From Hyphochytrium catenoides (taxonomy: Eukaryota > Protista > Hyphochytriomycota): a stretch of 40,691 nucleotides of DNA. Positions 23,445-33,717 of this stretch are shown piece by piece. The translations under genes were made by a program, and so were the position numbers. The DNA lies in NCBI GenBank assembly GCA_900088475.1, contig FLMG01002443.1:1-40691 (forward strand). The letters run 5' to 3'. The first letter of the stretch is position 1. Every line of letters starts with the position of its first letter. Below the pieces are notes generated by a model, which saw nothing but the letters and a program-made list of their open reading frames with translations, had not been told where the DNA came from and searched no databases.

Positions 23445-23735
23445 GATGTTCATCAATCAGTAAAGGACCTTGATAAGTCAGGGTGAGAAGTCGACTCGAT
23501 GGTAGGAGTCGAGGGACCTCCTTCCTCTTTCTTGTCAGACGTTTTCTGATTTTCATCAATGATCAGTAGTCCTAGGCGGTGTGGTCAGAAGTCGACTACG
23601 ATGGTAGGACTCGAGGGACCTCGCTGCTTCCTTGTTCTTGTTAGACGCTTTCTTGATGCTCATCAATCAGTAGTCCTGAGTGTGCTCAGAAGTCGGCTAT
23701 GATGGTAGGACTCGAGGGACCTTCTTCCTCTTTGT
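23445..23735. repeat. Tandem repeat, three diverged ~101-bp units
   Basis: Core agaagtcg(a/g)ct..gatggtagga(g/c)tcgagggacct starts at 23486, 23587 and 23688 (period 101). catcaat..cagta also recurs. Confidence 0.9.
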
Positions 23736-25236
23736 TTTCAGGTTCGTGGTGCGGAGGAGATGGGCAAGCAAAGCACTCTCGACTTTCTAAAAGATCTTCG
23801 TCCGTTATCATCCTCAGATCCTCCTTCCTGTTATCAGTTGACCGTGTTTAGTCCATCACTTTGACAGCCCTTCGGCCACTAGCGTCTTATCTTCGGGCCA
23901 CCATTACAGACTGCCGATTATAAGCTTCTCTTGTGCGACTCTAGGACTAAGCTTGCTCTTTCTTCCACCCCTCACGAAAAGAACGAGGACAATAAAAAAC
24001 GAGAATAAGATGCCCCCTTTCGGCCATTAGGTGCTAACGGCTATTCTGTCTGATGTCTAGCCTTGACATCATCCATGGATCATCCTCCTTTCTGATCCCT
24101 GTCGGCCCTTATGTAGGGGTTAGCTAGAGCATACAAGAAAACCAAATAAATGGTGACCCTAATCGGAAGAGGTAAAGAAAGTCGACCTTGTCCCCCCAAC
24201 CCTCCTTCCAAAGTGGAGCAAGGTATCCCTACACACCTTCCAATGAATTCAATTCACTGTACAAAGGAGGTTTGAAGGGAACAAGGGATGGGTGGGTCTG
24301 GCAAGCGTCCGACCTGATGATTGATGCTCCAACACGAGAGATGCTGAGGGATGGGCACATTGAAAGAGACCTTCACATCTCTCTCAACACACTGTCTACC
24401 TTCCCAATAGTGTAGGTTCTCCTGTTTCGGTCCATCTATGCTGTCACTCTGTCTTCTATAATTGGGGCCCTATGCTATTAGCTGCAAGAATATGAGACTG
24501 AAGTCTCTGTTCCTTCTTTTGTCTGCTCCTTTTTCACTTCTCAGTGTTTTGCTTCTTCCTCCATTTTACGGAAGAGAAAAAAGGCCATAACTGGTACAGA
24601 GAGAAAACGGCCCATCTTCAACCGCCCTCTTCGCCCTCCACTCCACCCTCCACTCTCCATCCTTCTCCTTGTGCTGCACAAACCTTCACAAACCTTCATC
24701 TTCCCTACCTTGTGTGGCTCTGTCTCTCACAATCGCCCTGATTAAGCATTGGCTTTCATATCTCCACCCCCATTCCGTTGATTATGGGCCATCTCTTAGC
24801 TCAGTCTCCATGTCAATAAAAGCCCTAGTCTTATGTCCTATTCGGCCCATCACGGCGTCCTTTATTTCCGCCCCTCAAACATTCGATCGTCGACCGCTTG
24901 TCTTCCAATTAACCGTCTATGGGATCCCTAATTACCTGTACATTAACCGCTGGCGGTTGAAGACCAGAGGAGGGGGATTGGAAGAGCTGTCATTGGAGGG
25001 TCAAGGAGACGCAGAGGAGTGTTCTGCAGGGGACAGACACCCAACACAATTGGACCGTTCTGTCTCTTCGCCTAGGGCAGCTTCTCTCCCGCAGCAGTCA
25101 TAGTTATCTCTCATACTCTCTGTCTCTCCCAAAGCTGGGCTTTGCCACATATATAGCGGATCTCTCTATGGTCATCTGTCTCTAGACGTTTTAGACTCTT
25201 TCTGCAGTCTCAACTGCCTCTGTTTTGCTACATTGA

Positions 25237-26412
25237 AGTGTGGAAGAGAGAGAAGAAACAAGCACCTTGACCTTGAGAGCTAAAGCCTTTAAAGCCCAGC
25301 ATTTGGAGTCTTCCTATCTTCTCTTCACTCTCACTCGCGCTGCAGAGTCGCCTGATGCGCCCTTAACATTGGCTGTGGGAAGAGAGAAGCTTCGGCCGCC
25401 TTGAGTCGCGCCATTTGCTGAGACGGCTGTAGGTACGACGTCTGGCACCAGAAGCTTCAGACTCTCCTCGAAAAAGGAGGAGCTCAAGAAATAGAGAAGG
25501 ACGAGTAACAAAGGCAGCACAATAGACTTGCTACTAGAGAGTCTCGTAGGAGCAATCAACCCCAGCAGAAGCGTAGAGAAGTGAGAAAGGGACAGTCAGA
25601 CAAGACCCAGAAGCAGAGAAAGGCAGGCAAGCAGTACCCTGTTAAAGGCACCCTTCGACCAGAACCAGCAGTATCCAAAGCTCGCTACCTTCCTTCTAAC
25701 AAATAACCGGAGCGGAGATACACTCACAGCTACCAAAGTGGAAGGCAGCGTTCTCTGCTCTCTAGCCATCAACTTTTTAGCACTTGCGGGCCATTGTCCA
25801 TCTTTTTGCCTTGCAGATCTAAACAGAGACGTAGCAGCAGAAAGTTCTGCGTCTTTTCTCACCAAGTTTCTCTCCTTACTTCTCTCTTTGCGCCATAACG
25901 CATCTTTCTCCTCCCCGCCACCCAGCATCGCCGTACGCAATATCGCTGTAGCTTTTTCTGCGCTGATCAAGGAAAAAGGCATACGCGGAGTAATATAGAA
26001 GCCTCAGCAGCTCCAGAAAGGCAGGAAGATCTGAAAGATGATGGGCCCCACGTACTCTCCTTCTAGTATCCATCACACAGCGGGACTTCCAGTCTGCTCG
26101 ATTACCCTTCTAAGGCTTCAAACACCAGGCATCATCGTATCAGACACGGAAAGCTCTCCCCAGCCACTTCCAAGCATCGCTGTTAAGGCTCCTGAAAGAG
26201 TTAGAAGGAATAGCAACTCTCAGCGATGGAAGTCACAAAAGTTTGGCCTTGCGACCGTCGTCGAAGGGAACGAAGAGCTGCACAGCGAGACTGGAAAAGA
26301 CGAGGAAGAAGAAACTGAAGAGACTTTTCTGTCGCAGCAGGATGGAGGTGTCAGTACCAGTCGAAGAGGAAAGAAATCTATCCTTCACATGCTGAGAACT
26401 ATCAGGACTTAA
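25237..26412 (+). pseudogene. Long single-frame relic with five internal stops, possibly the 3' part of a PH-domain signalling gene
   Basis: Frame stays protein-like for ~390 codons with stops only at 25402 (TGA), 25492 (TAG), 25582 (TGA), 25996 (TAG) and 26032 (TGA). TRSFRLSSKKEELKK* resembles the PH C-terminal strand/helix with the stop at the Trp position. An upstream fragment, DAPTREMLRDGHIER (~24320), resembles a DH-PH junction. Confidence 0.35.
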
Positions 26413-29400
26413 AAGGCACTATCACTTCCTTCCGCTCCTCCTGTTGCATTGGAAGGAGGAGTAGGCGCCAAAGCTCAAGGGCTCTTGTCTCCCATCGCTA
26501 TTATATGGGAGGGAAAGCAAGAGCAAAGAAGGAACGACAGCTTTTTGTAGTGGGCTGGTCCCCAATGTACGATACTCATACTTTAGCTCTGCCAACAGTG
26601 AAGCGGCGCCGTCTATCGCCGCCAAAGAACTCTAGCTATCCACTTTGTATCACTGTAAGGGGCCGATCAAGTTTTGAGCTCCAGTAGGAGAAGAGAGAGG
26701 GCTGGATTTGCTAAGATGATCGTACCCTTCTTGGTCTCTATTTTTTTATAAAAGATGCGCATTTGATCTACTTGCTCCTTTAGCTGGTCCCGTTGTAGCG
26801 AAGAAGATGGGAGAACTAGTCCCACTTGAGGACCATCTTTCCAGACTGGTACCGCACATGTACTCTCACAAATAGCAATGGCTTGTTCTCATCCTCCTCT
26901 GTCTTGAGAAGATTGGATGCTCTCACGGCTGCCTTTCTCCCATCAGCATCAGCATCCTCACATGGATGCCTCCATCTTCTTCGGATCTTTTATCCCCCTC
27001 ACAGCAGGTTGTGATGTGCCTCAACACACCCTCTATCAACTTTATTCATGATACCTCCAAGTAGAAACTCTCTACCTTTACATCTTCTTCATCATCCTCC
27101 GGCTGTGGAGCATCGCAAGGGAATTCCCCCTCTTCTTCTAGTTGGGACCGAACTTGCTTGTGCCTCGGAGGATATAAACAAAGCAGCGCTGCTTCTCTTC
27201 CTCATGAGCTGGCTGTGCTCTTCATAGCTGGTACGTGTCGTGTCTATTGAGCGCAGAGAAATCTCTATCATAGCTGAGAGTACTGGCTCCTTTCCATCAC
27301 CCCATTCACCTGATACTCCTCTTTCTTCGGATACCCACCTCAAAAGCAAACAATATTAGAAGTTCTAGGGAGCTGTTCCAGGTCGGAGGGTCCAGGGATC
27401 GGATCTGTTCTTGCCCACAATGGCCCTATAAAGTGGGAGAGCACATTTGAGTTGGCAGTTGTAGGACATCATCTACTACTTCTATAAAGATACATCGCCA
27501 GCCACTTCCAAGCAGGTGTCATCTTTTCCCTGCAAGGCTGGCAATGGCTAAGACGGAAGAGTAGCACGAACGTCGGCGCCCTGCGCCACAATTATCATGG
27601 TAGCATCTCTTGCCTTCTTAACCATTTTTAGTTCATTAACTTACTGGAAAAAGCCTTGTTGGGCCTTTCTTCTTATTAGGACCTCGTAGACGGAAGACGG
27701 CGGACTGGATACCAAGAGAAAGAGGTTGGAAAGAGATGAGCCATGGCTGTTCACTAGGACCCAAAACGGAGGAAAGTGAGCCTAAAACCAGGTTGTGAGC
27801 TCTTCTTCAGAAGATTTAGCCCTTGAAGCGCAGCCTTTAGAGTAGTTGTAGCCTTCTTTGCTCCATGACGGTATAAGATATCACGTTGAAGCTCGTGAGA
27901 ATGGGACCTTCCATGAGGTAGGGCATCTCTTATTGGGACTATAACTGATGAGGTGGGGTAAACCTGGCCACCTCACATGTCGTGGCTTGATAAGCTGCGA
28001 GCGGCAGTCCAGTCCAGTTGAAGTGGCATCGTAAATGCGTCATCAATGCGTAGAACTATCTCTCTTCTCTCTCTTTCCTATCTATTCTCCCCTCTCTTCC
28101 TCTTCTATCTCTTCCCTCATCCTCTACGTCGTCAACAGTCAATATTCTGGCATATTCTGGACACCCGTCGGTCATAAAGTCAGAAGTAAAGCTTGGCTCC
28201 TTTCATCACATCACTTGCGAACGATCGAGGAAGCGCCTATGAAGAACCTCATCTCATGCAACATCATTTCTTGAAGGGCCTGGGCTGTTAGAGGATTGAA
28301 TCAGTAAAGCACTTCTGCGCCACGAATGGTGATAAGAAGGAGAACACGAATAAACCAGGAGGCTCTCTAGCTCTTTTGGCTTGGACCGCTTGTCCTTCCA
28401 CAGACCAAAAGCTCTGAAAACCTCAAGATCTTCACTAGCATCCATCAACGAACCCAAAAGGTCTATTCAAAAGGCTTCCAAGGAAAATAGCTCTAGTGAG
28501 AGAACAAGGATGCGAAGCTGTTCTTCCTTGCCACACGATGCCACCCATAACTCTCTGCTGTCTAGGCGGAGTGCCAGAGCCCCAGGCCACACATCTTGTT
28601 GTTTCGAGCTTATACCTTGGACACCCCTCCAAATATTCAGCAGCTTCCTTCCATGTTTCTCTTGTCTGCTCTGCCGCTGTGAAGCTCCACAGAACGAGAT
28701 CTTCGCATCGTCATCATCGCGCCGATGATGGCTTCCAACCTTCGAACCTTCCATCTGGGCATGTCCGTCTGTTATAAACTTCTTCCTTGACCTCAAAAAA
28801 GGTGCGCACATTCTGACCAGATGGCCCCATCATCCGCGAAACCCCCACAAGTGCTGGTGCACCCCCAAAAATACTCGCACACATCTCCGCCAGACCGCAC
28901 GCAACGAGATCGCACATTTTCACCAGCCCTATATCTACTCAGAACAATGGGGCAAGTGGAGGTGGGCAAGCAAAGGGTCGGACTCCTCGGTACTTCCTGC
29001 TTGTCCCCCCCCTGTCATCCTCGTCCTACCGTCTTATTCCCTGCTACTTTCTGTGTATTCTCCCTATTCTGGGTAAGAATGTAGCTTGAAGGGCGGTACG
29101 CATTATTTTATAAAAAAGTATGTGCTGTAGCTCTCATTGCGCGGGCAAGCTCTATTCTTGGTACTTCTGATTATGTAGTTGTGGTTCTTTGGCCATAGAC
29201 TGGTGGTAGAAGGTAAATTATGATTGTTGGCTGTCCAACCTTCCTCAACTTCGTAAGAGGCTATTGTGCGCTTTTCTTATGCTGGATAACAGCAAATTGA
29301 GGCGTACGCACATATGAGTTGGTGGCTGTTGACGAGGGACATAAGCATTGGAGCTTTGGTCTGGCTGCTTGTGAGGAAGGTCCACCCGGCCTGCTGATAC

Positions 29401-29705
29401 GTGTGGCTCAGATGAGTTCTCTTGAGATTTGGTCTGCCTGACTACACCTGCCCTCCTTGTACAGGTAGCGAGCTTCCAGTCATAGCTCCAACTTTGGTGA
29501 ACTGGCTAGGGTGCGCATTTCTCACTACTTCTCATAGCCAGTAAAAAAAAACCATTGAAATACGCACAATGTTGCGCTCTACTGTACATCTACAGGCTTT
29601 TCTAACCCCCTTTCCGCCCTGAAACCGCACACAACCTTGACTTCATAGATAGAGCTCCCGCCCTCTCTTCCTCAGGCCTCTCTGTCTCCTCCCTCCTCTT
29701 TCTCT

Positions 29706-29782
29706 NNNNNNNNNNNNNNNNNNNNNNNNNNNNNNNNNNNNNNNNNNNNNNNNNNNNNNNNNNNNNNNNNNNNNNNNNNNNN
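29706..29782. other. Assembly gap (N run) inside a CT-rich tract
   Basis: 77 N bases flanked by CT-rich low-complexity DNA. Confidence 0.99.
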
Positions 29783-30719
29783 TCTCTTTCTCCTTCTCTC
29801 GCTCTCTCTTTCTCCTCTCGCTCTCCTTCCTTACTCTCTTTCTCTCCCTCCTTCCTTCTCTCTCTCCTCTCTCTCTCTCTCTCCTTTCTCTCTTCTCTCT
29901 CTGTTTTCCTCGCTCTCTTTGCTCTCTTGCCACTTAGTCTCTGTTTATCCCTCCACCATATTAGACGAGCATATCCTTTGGACACACTCTTTCTTTGCAT
30001 GTCGTCTGATGGACCTGCAGACGGGTTTTCTAATCTGTGGCGATGCAGCAGCTTGAGAACAGGGCACTGACAAGAGAGAGAGGACAAAGAAATAATAGAC
30101 AGAAACTTCCGCCGGCAGACGAAGAGGAGGAAGGCAACCATCAAGGAAGAAGGTAAGTCGAAGAAAGGGGCGAAAGGGAGGCAAAAGGGAAGAAAAAGAA
30201 AGGACAAGGGCAAAGCAGGACGGGCCTAAGAGACGTGATGATAGCAGCCAGGGCCATTGTTGAGGTCACCACGTCGAGGAACAGCAGCTCTGTGGCTTGG
30301 AAGAAGCCAAGGATGTGGAGAAGGATGTGGGCCCTTGATCAACGGAGCCAGGGGTGGACGAAGAGAACACCCACCACCAGTGTTAACTGTCACGTTGAAT
30401 TGCTGATAAACTTCCTAGGACTAAGAAGAAGACGTGACAAGGCGAAAAGAGGGAGCGAGCGAGAGCATGAGAACTCTTACGCAGCACAGAGAAAGGATGA
30501 CTAAGTCGCAGTGGGGCGAGAGAGTTAGGCCCCACACCTTACCTTTGGCACTCTCCTGTTAATGATCAGCTACTCGTACCCGTCCAACAGAGTTATTCAT
30601 GTCCTTTCTTTCCTACAATTTTCTTTTGCTCTGCTCTGACTCTTCCTCCTCCTAGTGATGATAATCTGCATTTCTTTGAAGAAGCAGGCCAACGTGGGGA
30701 GGACAATGGTGGAAGAGAA

Positions 30720-30880
30720 GGGAGGAGGAGAGAGAGAGAGAGAGAGAGCACGAATGCTGACGGGAAAGCTACACCAGCAGCGAAAGGTCAGAAGGCAAAT
30801 GGTCTAAACGAAGAGAGAGAGAGAGTGAGAGAGTGAGAGCGTGTGAGAGAGAGAGAGAGAGACAGAGAGAGAGGGAGAGG
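30720..30880. repeat. (GA)n microsatellite upstream of the BT1 gene
   Basis: Two GA-rich runs; an AT-rich taataataaa follows at ~30930. Confidence 0.85.
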
Positions 30881-31113
30881 AATAGGGAACGTCCAAGCCA
30901 GAGCAACAGCAGGAGGAAGGGACGGGGACTAATAATAAAGGCCCGTAACCTTACCTTACCTTCAAGGTCCTGGTCGCTCTCTTTCTCTCTTCTCAGACTT
31001 GATTTTTCCCTCTTCCAGACAGGCGAGCATATCCGCTGTCAGCTCCTCCCTGTGCCAAGGACGAGGGAATCCATCTTCTCCTGTCACCTGCCGGACGCAA
31101 GACATCTGAAGAC

Positions 31114-33118
31114 ATGGCAAACAACAACGCTCAAGCCGCGCTCATCGGCCAAGAAGCCCGGATCTCTGAGGTTCTGTCTCGCAAGAGCCAGACCTCTGGC
31201 CTCCCAATGACGACCAAAGACAGCGGCGTCCTGACTCCAGGCAACCAGACCCCTGATATCTATAACATGAACTACAACGGCGAGATGCCTAATCCTTGGG
31301 CTCTCAATCGCATCGGTCTGCTGATCAATTATTTCTCTGTGGGCATTATCAAGGGCGCGTCTGCAGCTCTGATCTATCCCATCGTCGTCGTGCAGAACAA
31401 GAAGGATCCAGCAGTCGTGCAGTCTTCTAAGCAGCTTGTGAACCTCTGGTGGTCGTTCAAGATCTTCTTCGGAATCTTGACTGATTGCTTCCCCATCTTT
31501 GGCCTTAAGCGCAAGCCCTACATCTTCTCAGGCTGGCTCATCACTGGTATCATCTTTGTTATCATCGCCTTCATGTCCGAAATGTCCGTCCCTACTCTGG
31601 TGGTTATGCTGAGCTTGGCCTGCTTTAGTTACGTAGCAGCAGACGTCGCTGGGGATGGCTATGTCGTGATGATGGCCCAGCAAGAGCCCATCGAAAAGCG
31701 TGGCAACGTTCAGTCTATGATCTACATTGCTCGCTTCGTAGGTGAGGCTCTCGCTACGCTGCTGGTCGGCTTCACCTTCTCGGGTCCCCGCATTATGTGC
31801 TCTGACTATGAGGAGGACTCCACCATTGCTTGCGCCCCAGAGATGCCTAAGGGCTATCGGAAAGAATTTACCACGGACTGGTGCCACAAAAGCTGCGCTG
31901 ACGCGACGTTTGACTTTGACATCACGGTCAGCTCTCTCTCTGTCATCCTCGCTGTCGTTGCTATTGTCGGTGTTCCTTTCTACTGGCTCCTGACTGAAGA
32001 AAAGACTGTCAGAGAATCCTTCGTTGGCATGATGAAGAACTTCTGGGTTATCCTGCAGAAGAAGGCTGTTTGGCAGATCATTCTCTACACAGTTAACTCC
32101 ACCATGTTCATGGCTGTCAGCAACAACGCGAAGGATAACACCAACAGCGAGTGGCTCTCCTTCACTCCTCTGCAGAACTCGATCCTGACGGTGATGGATT
32201 ACATTTTCCTTGCTCTTGGTCTCTACGTTGTCAAGACATGGTTCATTAACGTGTCCTGGAGAAAGCTTATTGTCTATGGAACGCTGTTGCAGATCTTCTT
32301 TGGTGCCCTGTATCTGATCATTGTCTACAATGTCTGGAGAAACTCTTATTTCTACATGGTAAGCATTGGCATTGGTTTGTTCCCTCTACTCGACTTCTGT
32401 TGTCTACTCTATCTTCCCCCATGCAATGCGTAAGATTTATGCCACTCTCTCCACCCTCCGCTTCCCTTCCCGAAGTCTCTTAAAAAGCCTAATGAGTTCA
32501 GCGCGTTAACGCTTGCTCTCCTGTTTGCAGTTCACAGATGTGACTTACCAGTTCGTCAGCACTCTGAACTTCGTGGTGGGCGTACTGTACATTGTTGAAG
32601 TGTCCGAGCCTGGCTATGAGGCGTTGACCTACTCCCTCATTACTACGGCACATAATACGATGCTTCCTCTCGGCGTCCTTCTATCCAACCAGATCTCAGG
32701 CTGGTTTGCTCTTAGCCAGGCGGACATCAAGACCGATAGCCCCTATGTTCGCAACCAGTTCACCTTGTGCTGGGTGCTGACCACCGTCATCAACCTTCTC
32801 TCTCTCCTCACCCTCCCTCTCCTGCCTCGGCAGAAGAAAGAGGCACGTGATCTGCTTGCACAAGGAGGAACCTCTCGCAATTGGGCTATTGTCTGCGTCG
32901 TCTTCGTGCTCGTGACCATGGTGTACTCTACCGTGGGCAACTTCGCCACATTGTCCGATTCGCTCAAGTGTTCGGCATTTCTAGGAAAAGGTGGAAAGGA
33001 CTGCCCTAAGCAATCCAAAGTCCCTGTCTATCTCCTGGTCTCGTTCTACCTGGGCTTCGTGGTTGTTACAACGTTTATTATAGGTTATCTCCCTCGCTTC
33101 ACCGGCAGACGACGTTAG
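31114..33118 (+). CDS. Folate-biopterin transporter (BT1/FBT, MFS), 2 exons: 31114-32358, 32531-33118 (~610 aa)
   Basis: WSFKIFFGILTDCFPIFGLKRKPY, YVAADVAGDG, AQQEPIEKRGNVQS, VSWRK, VEVSEPGYEALTYSLITT, LPLLPRQK. Intron 32359-32530 (gtaagc...ttgcag) joins in frame: FYM|FTDV. Confidence 0.93.
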
Positions 33119-33717
33119 AGAGGCCAAAGAGGTCCTCCAGACACATGCAAAGAGACCTAGGAGTAAGGTGTGGATACCTTGCTATGTAAAATCGTGGTAG
33201 TTGGCAGTAGGAAGAGTGCCTGCTAGTTGTCATCGTCTCATTCCTTTTTTATAAAAGTCTAAAACATTTCATCATCGTCACCATACGTACAAAGTACCGT
33301 CACCTGTCTTAAGGGTTAGGTTAGGGTCGCCTCTAGCTATCGACTCCATTCTGTCTGCTGCTCATCAAAAACTCCATTGGAGCTATTCTTCCTCTGTCAC
33401 TGAGGTTAGGACGTTGTCTCCTTTCTCTTTTCGAGCAAGGCCGAGACAGGGATGAAGTGAGATGTGATAGAGCCATTCTTTATGTTTGTCAGGCTTCTTC
33501 GTAAGTGATATTGAAGTTCGCTAAAGGAGAGAGAGGTGAAGGGAAGGTCTTATCCTGTGGCAGGAAGACAAATATAACGATCGAGACCCTCCTTGCTTGC
33601 TTTACCCATGTCTCACATTGCTCCTGCCTCTACCTCTCTTACACTCCGATTTCTCCCTTTGTCCGAAGGAAAGTTGTCTCTAGCTCACCAGTTGCGCACG
33701 CTTCCGACTCTCTCTCT

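Noticed and set aside
23445-23735. CRISPR-like array (35-bp core at regular spacing)
   Set aside because: The intervening sequences are homologous to each other rather than unique spacers; no cas genes; eukaryotic context.
25402-25584. Three stops spaced exactly 90 nt apart
   Set aside because: No underlying sequence repeat; treated as coincidence.
32359-32433. C-terminal tail of the 439-aa ORF, and a separate 201-aa ORF at 32513
   Set aside because: Both are parts of one spliced BT1 gene; the tail is intron read-through.
33309-33327. Telomere-like ttaagggttaggttagggt
   Set aside because: Only about three imperfect units; too short to call an interstitial telomere.
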